64,000 bases of DNA. It comes from Ignavibacteriales bacterium. GTDB lineage: Bacteria; Bacteroidota; Ignavibacteria; UBA10030. The notes under the pieces are model-generated. The model ran no database searches and was not told the DNA's origin. It saw only the letters and a list, made by a program, of their open reading frames with translations. The stretch spans positions 11,293 through 75,292 of the forward strand of contig JACPUH010000037.1 in NCBI GenBank assembly GCA_016192345.1, written 5' to 3'. Positions within the stretch are counted from its first letter, which is position 1. Each line of letters starts with the position of its first letter. Position numbers and translations under genes: made by a program. Shown here piece after piece: positions 37,378-46,069 of this stretch.

Positions 37378-38796
37378 CTATTGCCGCTGGTATTCCGCAG
37401 CGACCTTGTCCCTGTTCTGATCGATAATGCTCCCCTTGGCGGTACTGGCATACACCATGATATTGATGCCGAAATGGAGTTGACGGGCGTTATCCAGCGG
37501 CCCGCCTTGCGCCGGGGAAACGAACGGCCATTGACCCCAGGCATGGGTGTATCCTTTGTTCGAGATGAGCACCGCGAGTCGCCCTTTTAAGAATATTCCT
37601 TCAAGGTACGGATAGCGTTCCGGGATGCGACGCGGAGTCCGGCCATCCGTCTCGAGGGGCAGGTTGGCATCATCCAACCCCGAGGGGGGTCCGCCAAAAT
37701 CCTCCCAGCAGTGGTAGAGCCAGTGATTATTCTGGACGCGTTCGAATTCCGCGTCATAGCCGAGGGCATCTTTCAACAAGGCACGCACGCTCTTGTTAAA
37801 GGCGCCGTACTGTGCCGCATAGCCGTCGTCGATAAAAAGAAATCCCCCGCCTTGCAACCACTTTCCCAGGTTCTTTGCCTCCTGGGGCGTGTACTGGATG
37901 GACCCCGTGAATCCCATCATGAAAAGGATCGGTATTTCCCAGAGTCGCCGGTCGTCAAGCTTGATGTTGCCTGCGAGCGTTACGCGGACATCGGTACTGT
38001 CATGAGCGTACTCCTGAAGGATGGGGAGGGCCTTGGGGAAAACATTCCACCCCTCCTCGCCGTTTGGTTCCGATTTTGTCGCCCGCCATCGCAACTGGTA
38101 AAAGTTGACAAAGCCGCGGATTTTTTTCTTGTTGGAGGGATTCGCCTCGATAAACCCCTCGAACCGGTCCGTCAAGTTTTCCGCGCCGATCAACTCGCTC
38201 CGCATGGTTGCAAGTCCCGTACCTCCGGTTCGGACGTTCGTTACTTCCTCGGTGAAATCGGGGGTGAAATCCACTCCCGCCGTTTGCCCCTCGCCCCAGC
38301 CCAGACGGCCGCCGGTGCCGAGGCTTCGCCCGAAGGCCACAGCGCCACCGGGGATGCCCCAGCTCGCCTCCGCGCCCGCTCCCCCTGTCATGGCCCCGTA
38401 AAAGATGCTTCCTTCAACCCGGCTTGCCCGTCCGGAAGTTGCCCGATCGGAAGCCGTGGCCGGTGTTTGCTCGACGCGCGTCACCTGGGTCGGTTCGAAC
38501 TTGATCTCGCGCGGCGTAAACGATTCCACGTACGATGGGACCTTGGTCACGGAGAACGACTTTGCCAGCTTCGGCGCACGCAACTCGAATTTCACCGGAG
38601 GTTGCACCAGGTCGTACTCTTTCCGTTCCACCATGACGCCCACCTCCGAAGGGGGGCGCTCTGTCGCCACATGGTACACGCCCGTAACGATTAAATGGGC
38701 AACCGCTGCGATCAGGAATGCAAGAGCGAAATACCTCTGGTAACCCTTCTTCCATGATCCGGGCGGGCGAAGCCCTATGTTCGTATTCTCCGGCAT
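37378..38796 (-). CDS. DUF4159 protein with N-terminal TonB-like membrane anchor and low-complexity linker
   Basis: KKGYQRYFALAFLIAAVAHLI TM; Pro/Gly-rich linker; W..FP.AL, GGFLFIDDG, H.LYHCW.DF..PP.G, YLEGI..GRLAV, FGINIMVYA. Confidence 0.8.
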   Translation of the reverse strand: MPENTNIGLRPPGSWKKGYQRYFALAFLIAAVAHLIVTGVYHVATERPPSEVGVMVERKEYDLVQPPVKFELRAPKLAKSFSVTKVPSYVESFTPREIKFEPTQVTRVEQTPATASDRATSGRASRVEGSIFYGAMTGGAGAEASWGIPGGAVAFGRSLGTGGRLGWGEGQTAGVDFTPDFTEEVTNVRTGGTGLATMRSELIGAENLTDRFEGFIEANPSNKKKIRGFVNFYQLRWRATKSEPNGEEGWNVFPKALPILQEYAHDSTDVRVTLAGNIKLDDRRLWEIPILFMMGFTGSIQYTPQEAKNLGKWLQGGGFLFIDDGYAAQYGAFNKSVRALLKDALGYDAEFERVQNNHWLYHCWEDFGGPPSGLDDANLPLETDGRTPRRIPERYPYLEGIFLKGRLAVLISNKGYTHAWGQWPFVSPAQGGPLDNARQLHFGINIMVYASTAKGSIIDQNRDKVAAEYQRQ

Positions 38797-38880
38797 GAAC
38801 CTCGCGGCGACCTCTTCTCTCCGTTAAGTGCTTCCATGGCGCCTCCTTCCCGCGCGGTGATCAACCGCCGGGAGGGCCTT

Positions 38881-41800
38881 TTAATTTTCCGCTTCAATCC
38901 AGCGTTTATGCATTTCCGCAAAAAACACAGCCGACCGGGCTGCTTCGATATCCTTCCACTCCCGGATGATCTCCTCAAATAACTCGAGGGCTTTTCGTCG
39001 TTCGCCCAGTTGCTCGTACGCCGATGCAATGTTGGTTTTGCATCCGTAGAGAATCTCGGAGCCGGGATACTTGTTCATGATCTTGGTCAGTTCTTCCGCG
39101 GCCACGGTCCAGTTCTTTGCATCGAAGAACGCCATGGCTGCTTCGTACTCACGGTACGCTTCAACCTGACCGAGGTCCTTGATGAGCAAGCGAGCTTCCT
39201 CGACGCGCTCATCGTTCGGGAACCGCTCAAGGAAGACCTGGTACGCTGTGAGCGCCGAATCGTACGATTTCTGGTTATAATAGTAGTCGCCGATGGTAAA
39301 GGCCGCATCGGCGGCAAGGGTCGTTTTGGGAAATCGCTCGATCAACCCGCGGAACGTCCCGAGCATCTGCCCCGTGTTTTGCTCCTGGTAATAGGACCAT
39401 CCCTCATTAAACATGGCCTGGGGGGCAAGCGCGCTCTGCGGGTAACGGCGGTACACAAGACCGTACTCCCTGACGGCTTCCCCGAACCGGTTGGTATTGA
39501 AAAAAGCTTCCCCCAGTTGCATCTGTGCGTCCGCGGCATGCTTGGAGCCCGGGTACGCCTCGAGAAATGCCCGGAACCGCTTGACGGACTCGTCCGCTTG
39601 TCCCATGGAGTACAGGGAATACGCATGAAAGAACGCTGCATCTTCCTTGAAACGGCCCGAGGGAAATTGTTGAAGGTGGCTCTCGAACGCATCGGCGCTG
39701 TTCTTGAAATCGTCAGCTCGAAAATAAATCATCCCGAGCTGGAAAAAGACCTCTTCGAGATGCGTATTGGCGGGGAATCGTCCGGCTGCATCCTTTAAGA
39801 CTGCGATCGCCTTCTCATGTTGCTGCAGGTTTCCATGCGAATTGCTCATCGTGACATAGGCGCGGACAGCCGATGCCTCATCTGCCGTGGAGGCGGCAAG
39901 CGCCCTGGTTCCCACCTCGATGGCTTTTTCGTATTCACGCGAACGGTAATGAAAATCGCTGAGCAGGGCGAGGGTGCGCCCCTTGTCGTTGTCCGATGCC
40001 GCTCCGGCAACAAGCTCGTTCAGGAGCTCCGCACCCTCTTTGTTCCTGTTGAGGCTTGCATAGCTGAAGGCCAGTTTCTCCTTGGCGGACGGCACCAGGG
40101 TTGGGAACACTTGTTGGAACACCCCCGACGCCAGGCAAGCCCTAAGGTCGCTTGCCGCTTCGTTGAACTTCTCCAATTCAAAAAGGACAAGTCCGCGCCC
40201 ATACAGCGCCTGCACGCGCGTGTTCTCCGTAAGTTTCTTGTCTCCGATGATGCTTGTGAACTCTCCTGCTGCCGGATCCAGCTTATGCTGGGCCGTATAC
40301 AACTCGGCACGGGCAAGACGGACGAATGGCGTAAAGTCGGACGAATCGGTTTTTGCGGAGACAAACGCTCTGGTGAGGAACTCTTCGGCCTCGGTGAATT
40401 TCTGCTGTGCCGCAAATGCCCGGGTCACCCGGGCGAAGGTAAATGGAAAATAGGGGGATGTCGGGGCGACGCGGGACAGCTGGGTGATCGACTGGTCGTG
40501 GTTGCCAAGACCGTAATAACTCAGACCAAGGAGGTAATGGATTTCACTCAGGTCGAGTTTGGAGGAATCCCCCACGGCCAGCAGTTCTTCAAAAATCGTG
40601 ACCGCCTCCGGGTACTGACGCTCGTCGAAGTGGCTTTTCCCGATCTGGGTGCGGGCAAGCAACGCCTCGTTGGTCCCCGGTGCCAGCTTGATGACGGAGG
40701 CGAAGTCCTCACGCGACCCGGTATACTGTCCGAGGCCGAGCTTCGCAAGCCCTTTGTACATGACGAGCTTTGAGGCGTAATCGCTTCCCGGGAAGGCGAG
40801 CAGCGACGTATCTGCATACAGAAGCGTGTTCCCGTAGTTGCGGGCGTTATAGAAATTGCTGACCGTCAGGAACAATGCCTGTTCCAGGGGAAACGAGATT
40901 GCGGCCGCCTGCGCCGGATAGGCTTGCGTGTAAAACAAGTACTCTGTTGCGGCCTTCTCGTACAATTTTTGATCCTGGTAGGTGCGGGCGATTTTATACT
41001 GGAGCTTTGCCTGCAACGGCTTGTTGTTGAAGTTTGCATCGATGGCTTGCCGGAAGACAAGGATCCCTTCATCGAACCCTTTGACCCGCGCGGTATACTC
41101 CGCCATCTTGATATAGGTCGCTTCCACCAGCGTCGGCATCAACGCAAACGTGGCGATGACCTTCCGGTAGCTTTGAAGGGCCGCATCGAATTCCCCTTTT
41201 TGCTGATACGCATCCCCGATCTTCACCTGGGACTTTGCCACAAGCTCAAGGTTGGAGGCGTCGGCATCGCGCCCGGCCTGCGCTTCAAACAGGCGCCGGT
41301 CGCGGACGGCTTTCAACTCCACATTTTCCCACTCGGTGGACGCGAAGCTTTCGGGGCGATACGCTTCGATGACGCCGTTGAAGGCCGCGATCGCTTCATC
41401 CCATTTTTTCTGATCGAAGTAGTTCTGCGCGAGCTGATACCGGGCACGTGCGTCGAATTCCCCCTTGGGATATCCCGCGATGAGAGCGAGGAAGGCCGCG
41501 TTGGAGCTGTCGATCATGTTGCGCTCGCGGAATGCCCATCCGATGTCGTACCACGCCCTCGGCACGTGTTCATCCAGCGGGTGCCGTGCGATCAAGGCCC
41601 GTGCTTCTTCGATCGCTTTCTCATACTCCTTGCCGGCAAAGAACATCTCGTAAATCTGGTACTGGGCGAGAGCGGACAGGCGGGGGGAATCGCGCCGCTC
41701 TTCGACGATCCGGTAGTTCTCGATGCTTGCTTCCTTGTTCCCCTGGTTCCGGAGAGCATTCCCCTTTTGATAATAGGCGGCGGTCCGGACCGCCACATTC

Positions 41801-42021
41801 AGCTCGTCTCCGAGCAAGTTGACGCGCACGCTGTCGGATTCAAGGAACGTGCTCTCTGTGGAGATGATCCAATCATATTGCTCGATCGCCCGGCGGTAAT
41901 CCCGCCCTGCATAGAAGTCCTGTCCGCTCTTAAAGCGCGTCTGCACTTCGATCGGCGTCGGGATAAAATACGCCGCGAGGGAAGCGGAGAGGACGATGAT
42001 GATGATGGTTTTGTAATCCAT
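38881..42021 (-). CDS. Giant TPR protein (BamD/CpoB-like repeats) with N-terminal hydrophobic anchor
   Basis: Start 42021; many A.Y..G..Y......A...F..LI..YP repeats. Confidence 0.88.
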   Translation of the reverse strand: MDYKTIIIIVLSASLAAYFIPTPIEVQTRFKSGQDFYAGRDYRRAIEQYDWIISTESTFLESDSVRVNLLGDELNVAVRTAAYYQKGNALRNQGNKEASIENYRIVEERRDSPRLSALAQYQIYEMFFAGKEYEKAIEEARALIARHPLDEHVPRAWYDIGWAFRERNMIDSSNAAFLALIAGYPKGEFDARARYQLAQNYFDQKKWDEAIAAFNGVIEAYRPESFASTEWENVELKAVRDRRLFEAQAGRDADASNLELVAKSQVKIGDAYQQKGEFDAALQSYRKVIATFALMPTLVEATYIKMAEYTARVKGFDEGILVFRQAIDANFNNKPLQAKLQYKIARTYQDQKLYEKAATEYLFYTQAYPAQAAAISFPLEQALFLTVSNFYNARNYGNTLLYADTSLLAFPGSDYASKLVMYKGLAKLGLGQYTGSREDFASVIKLAPGTNEALLARTQIGKSHFDERQYPEAVTIFEELLAVGDSSKLDLSEIHYLLGLSYYGLGNHDQSITQLSRVAPTSPYFPFTFARVTRAFAAQQKFTEAEEFLTRAFVSAKTDSSDFTPFVRLARAELYTAQHKLDPAAGEFTSIIGDKKLTENTRVQALYGRGLVLFELEKFNEAASDLRACLASGVFQQVFPTLVPSAKEKLAFSYASLNRNKEGAELLNELVAGAASDNDKGRTLALLSDFHYRSREYEKAIEVGTRALAASTADEASAVRAYVTMSNSHGNLQQHEKAIAVLKDAAGRFPANTHLEEVFFQLGMIYFRADDFKNSADAFESHLQQFPSGRFKEDAAFFHAYSLYSMGQADESVKRFRAFLEAYPGSKHAADAQMQLGEAFFNTNRFGEAVREYGLVYRRYPQSALAPQAMFNEGWSYYQEQNTGQMLGTFRGLIERFPKTTLAADAAFTIGDYYYNQKSYDSALTAYQVFLERFPNDERVEEARLLIKDLGQVEAYREYEAAMAFFDAKNWTVAAEELTKIMNKYPGSEILYGCKTNIASAYEQLGERRKALELFEEIIREWKDIEAARSAVFFAEMHKRWIEAEN

Positions 42022-42028
42022 AAGGAAC

Positions 42029-42065
42029 AGAATTTTTTTCTTCGTGCCTTCGTGACTTTGTGGCA
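42029..42065. repeat. Intergenic repeat family A, copy 2
   Basis: 33/37 identical to 25087-25123. Confidence 0.75.
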
Positions 42066-42089
42066 CGTTATAGGTTTTCGTCCGAGTTT

Positions 42090-45000
42090 CTAGAACCCCG
42101 CGTAAATCGTCACGAAGATCAGCGATTCCTTTTTCTCGCGCAACCGTGGGTCGGGTTGGCGGGGGAATTTCCTCCCCGTCAATTTGTATCCCATGTCGAT
42201 CACCACGTTATAGCCGCCGTATGCTGATTTGTTGCTCAACGTTACGGCAAAGGTGGTCCTGTTCTCATCCCGCTCCGGAAAACGGAGGTCCTTGATCTGG
42301 TAGTTGAACGAATTACCCGTTCCGGGAATCTGGAAGCCCTGGAAGCCAAAGCGAAGGTCGGTTCGGTCCGTCAGCCGGTAATCCACGCGGAAAATCGGCA
42401 TCATTTCCTGAATATGGGTTTTGACGGCGTTCACCTCCACCACGGTATTGCCGATCTGTGCCTGTTCCCGTTGGACAATTTTCTGGGTCCGGACCTTCAA
42501 TTGCGGGATGAGTGCAAGCTTGTTGTTGAAGAAACGGAAGGTGTAGTCGATTTTGTTGACGATTCCCATTTTGATGATGCGCCCGTCCGATTGTTCGTCC
42601 GGATTGAGCAGGATGCCGCGGTTGTCGCGCCGCGCAAGGCCTATCGCCGTTTGTTCATTGTGTTCGTACTTCATGTTGTTCTCGATCCGCAGGCCCGGGA
42701 TCTGGGTGTACACGGTTCCGAGATACAATTGGTTCACAACACTGTTCCTGTACTCGAGCGGGTCGAAGACGAAATCGGGGGCGGCGGAAAGAATTGTCAG
42801 GGCGTTGACGAACTGGTACCCGTTGTTCGGGATGTTGTCCTCGACACGTTTCATGACGTAGAACAAGTTCATCCCGCCGAAGCGGGGTGTGTTGGCTTCG
42901 TACGTCCACCGCATATAATCGTTCCGGTTTTTTCCCCCCTGGGCAAAAGCCCGTTCCCGGATCGTCCCGAGCTTGATGTTCATGGACCGGATGATCTCGA
43001 AGCTCGCGAACAAGTGGTAGCCGTCAAGGTCGGGGTTGTACGAATAGTCGGGAAGAATATCGTTTTCCTGGTCGTCGATCACGCCGTTATTATTCCAATC
43101 GTCACCGTAGATGAAGAACGGGGGATCCGTGTAATACGTCAGGAAGTCCTGCACGTAGTCCGGGATGCCGTCCGAGTTGCGGTCGTCGTCCGGGATGCCG
43201 TCGCGGTCAAGATCCTTGCCGGGAAAAATTCCCGCATCCGGGCGGCGGATGATATCGCCGAGGCCGATCAACTCGTTGGTGTTCTGCCGGTAGCCGAGGA
43301 GGAACGGATCGCCGAACCCGGGAATGCCAAGCCGGTGGTTGTAGTTGACCACGTCACCGTTCCGAATGTCGGGTTGGGGCCGGACATTGTAGTGATAGAA
43401 CCCATCCTCCCATCGGTCATTATCGTCGTTGTCGTCGACGAGCGAGTAGACGGCGCCGCCTGCCTGCCCGGGGATATATTCGCCGGGGAGACTGGAAATG
43501 GGGGATGACGATGAAGTAAGATCAAATCCAAGAAAATCAGGGGCAATGGGGGTATTCAACGGTCCATAGTAGCTGTTGTCCATGGTATACAGGTTCAGCA
43601 TGCTTGAATACCGGGGGTTGATGCTGTAGCGCTCTCCTCCCAGCGTCAGGCGGCCGACCTTCTTTGTCCCGCGAATGTAATAGCCCCGACCGACGTCTTC
43701 GAACATCGCCCCCTGGCCGATCGGGTACTTCAGAAACTCCAGGCTCCGGACAAACTCCCCCTCAATATTAAAGCCCTGCCAGTTCAGCTTGAAGTTCATG
43801 CCGTACACCGCCATCCCGCTCACGAGGCCGTATGAAAAGAAGACCACCCGCTTGTTGGATCCGTCTTTCACGTTTCCTTCCGCCTGCACCATGGTGCGAA
43901 ACGTCGTCGGGACGGCGAGACTGCCGATCACGATGCTGTCCGCATGGGAGCGGAACCCGCCGGTATCATACTCATCAACATTATTGATCCAGTCATGGCC
44001 CGCGGTGATCTTATAATCATTGGAAAGGATAACGCTAAAATCGACAGAGTTCACGCCGGCCGGAATGACGTAAGCAAAGGTGACGTTGTAATCGAGGTCC
44101 CGCCGATCACTCTGGACCTGTACCGGGTACCGTGCGATGCGCGTTCCGCCGGAACGGGCGGCATAGTGAACGTAGTCGGTCTGGCTCACCGTGTCCCGCT
44201 GGGGATACGTACCGACATAGACCGGCTCGAAATCCTTGATGGCCCAGTACTGGATCGGGAAACGGATGTCAACCCGCTGCGCATCGGGGGAGCGGCCGTT
44301 GATATTGGTGATGGGGTGCACCTTGCCGTTGATGTGGATCTGCGGCGGAGCGAAAATGAGGGGGCCGGAATTATCGCCCGGCGAGTTGTCATGGACGCGG
44401 ACAAAGATCACGCGCGGCACTGCGTTGGCGGGTACCCCGCGCAGTGAAATATCCTTGCTGTCGAGCGAGCTTCGGCGCTGGTGCTGGTTGACGTACGTCG
44501 CGCCCACGGTAAGGATGTCCCCGATGTCGGTCTCGAAGTGTCCCCCCAGCAGGTAGGTCGTCCACTCACGCACGCGCCGCACCTGTTGCGACGAGGTGAG
44601 GACAATCTCGGGATTCATGCGAACGGGGTCGGAGATACGGGACGCGACGACACTCCCTCTATATTTGGTGGTGGACGCATCCCATCGGATACCGTTGAAC
44701 CGGGCTTTATCAAGCGTGAGCGAGGTGAACTTGGTCCGGATGGCATCACCGATCATCAGCCGGCTCGACAACCCGCCGTAGGAGTCGTTCAGAACGACGA
44801 GGTTGGAAAAATAAGAACTGTAAAACCGGGACTTGCTCAGGTTGCTGATCGGGATGTCGAGAAGCTGAAAATTGGCTGGCCGTTGTTCTTCGCTCAACCC
44901 GAAGACCGTTACACCGTCCACTAGGAAGTTGCCGAAATTGTCATAGAATTTCCGGCGGAGGAGTACGGAACTATAGTTCTCATAATTCCTCCCCGAGTAG

Positions 45001-45113
45001 TTTTGATATGTGCCTTTTTCCTGGTCGTTCGAAATAAACTGCGCCCGGAGCTCCGTGGGGATGGCCAGGGGGAGTGCGAGGAGAAGCAACAGGGAGAGAA
45101 ACGGACGTTTCAT
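42090..45113 (-). CDS. 1007-aa hypothetical outer-membrane protein with DxDxDG Ca-binding motifs
   Basis: Signal peptide; amphipathic beta-strand patterns; DDNDDND, DLDRDGIPDDDRNSDGIPD, DWNNNG; C-terminal IYAGF. Confidence 0.75.
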   Translation of the reverse strand: MKRPFLSLLLLLALPLAIPTELRAQFISNDQEKGTYQNYSGRNYENYSSVLLRRKFYDNFGNFLVDGVTVFGLSEEQRPANFQLLDIPISNLSKSRFYSSYFSNLVVLNDSYGGLSSRLMIGDAIRTKFTSLTLDKARFNGIRWDASTTKYRGSVVASRISDPVRMNPEIVLTSSQQVRRVREWTTYLLGGHFETDIGDILTVGATYVNQHQRRSSLDSKDISLRGVPANAVPRVIFVRVHDNSPGDNSGPLIFAPPQIHINGKVHPITNINGRSPDAQRVDIRFPIQYWAIKDFEPVYVGTYPQRDTVSQTDYVHYAARSGGTRIARYPVQVQSDRRDLDYNVTFAYVIPAGVNSVDFSVILSNDYKITAGHDWINNVDEYDTGGFRSHADSIVIGSLAVPTTFRTMVQAEGNVKDGSNKRVVFFSYGLVSGMAVYGMNFKLNWQGFNIEGEFVRSLEFLKYPIGQGAMFEDVGRGYYIRGTKKVGRLTLGGERYSINPRYSSMLNLYTMDNSYYGPLNTPIAPDFLGFDLTSSSSPISSLPGEYIPGQAGGAVYSLVDDNDDNDRWEDGFYHYNVRPQPDIRNGDVVNYNHRLGIPGFGDPFLLGYRQNTNELIGLGDIIRRPDAGIFPGKDLDRDGIPDDDRNSDGIPDYVQDFLTYYTDPPFFIYGDDWNNNGVIDDQENDILPDYSYNPDLDGYHLFASFEIIRSMNIKLGTIRERAFAQGGKNRNDYMRWTYEANTPRFGGMNLFYVMKRVEDNIPNNGYQFVNALTILSAAPDFVFDPLEYRNSVVNQLYLGTVYTQIPGLRIENNMKYEHNEQTAIGLARRDNRGILLNPDEQSDGRIIKMGIVNKIDYTFRFFNNKLALIPQLKVRTQKIVQREQAQIGNTVVEVNAVKTHIQEMMPIFRVDYRLTDRTDLRFGFQGFQIPGTGNSFNYQIKDLRFPERDENRTTFAVTLSNKSAYGGYNVVIDMGYKLTGRKFPRQPDPRLREKKESLIFVTIYAGF

Positions 45114-45134
45114 ACGAGTGCGATCGGGAAATGG

Positions 45135-46067
45135 TTAAAATGAATAACGCAAGGATACGTGATGCGTGCCTGAGAGGTAGAGCAACTCGGTCTGGTGCGC
45201 GAAAGCGTAATCGAGTATGAAGCCGGAAGTCATCAGGCCGAATCCTCCGCTGACATCCCCTTGCCTGGCCGGGGATTGAACTCCGCCTCCGCCGAACCGG
45301 ACGATGACCTGGAACGGTTCGCCGAAGGCGGCCGATTTCACCGCCACGATCTCCGTCCCGATTCCAATCCGTTTGACGTCGCCGGCAACGGTATAATGGA
45401 GCGTGACGGCATAATCGTACACCCGGGACACATAGGTCGCCCCGGCCGCCATTTTGAAATCGAGCTTTCCGTCATCCGAACCGTTCCTGGCAATCGACGG
45501 CTGGGTCACATCGCCGAAGAAGATGCCGAAACGGACATCGTTCTCCGGGACGATATCGCGGATCAACGACTGGGCGCCGACATCGAACGAAAGCGTCACA
45601 TTCGACATCCCCTCCTCCGGCACGGCATGCCGTCCGGTGGGAGGAGGGGTGGACCAATGAAGGAGCTTCACGCTGCCGCCGACGGAAAGAAATTCGAATA
45701 GTTCCTGACCATACGTGCCGACAAGCTCGTTCTCCTTCCAGGCGTTGGAGGAAAAGGATTTCAGGCCGATACCCAGGTTTCCCACCAACCCCAGGTTTGC
45801 AACGGCGCTCCCTGAGACATAGCCGACCTGATCGTCGGTGATTCCGCTGAAGAGTTGCGTGTAGGAGGTTGCAATGGTGAGCGAGTTCAGTGATGCGATG
45901 CCGGCCGGGTTCGAGAAGAGCACGTTCGGATCGTCTGCAAAACTTACCAGCGAGCCACCCAGCGTGACGGTGCGTGCACTGATCGGGAGTTTGGAAAACC
46001 CACCCGCATGGGACTTGCTCCCGGCAACGAGCAGAACGAAGACAAGAACGACAATGCGATGCTTCAT
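45135..46067 (-). CDS. PorP/SprF-like (T9SS-associated) outer-membrane barrel
   Basis: Signal peptide; AR..LGG....ADD...FSNPAG, DVG, DVTQP.I, LDYAF, GTHHVSLRYSF. Confidence 0.75.
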   Translation of the reverse strand: MKHRIVVLVFVLLVAGSKSHAGGFSKLPISARTVTLGGSLVSFADDPNVLFSNPAGIASLNSLTIATSYTQLFSGITDDQVGYVSGSAVANLGLVGNLGIGLKSFSSNAWKENELVGTYGQELFEFLSVGGSVKLLHWSTPPPTGRHAVPEEGMSNVTLSFDVGAQSLIRDIVPENDVRFGIFFGDVTQPSIARNGSDDGKLDFKMAAGATYVSRVYDYAVTLHYTVAGDVKRIGIGTEIVAVKSAAFGEPFQVIVRFGGGGVQSPARQGDVSGGFGLMTSGFILDYAFAHQTELLYLSGTHHVSLRYSF

Positions 46068-46069
46068 AC

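Noticed and set aside
38881-42021. TPR protein as SusD or SprE/PorW
   Set aside because: No lipobox, far longer than SusD and not adjacent to a TBDR; orthology to SprE cannot be supported by eye
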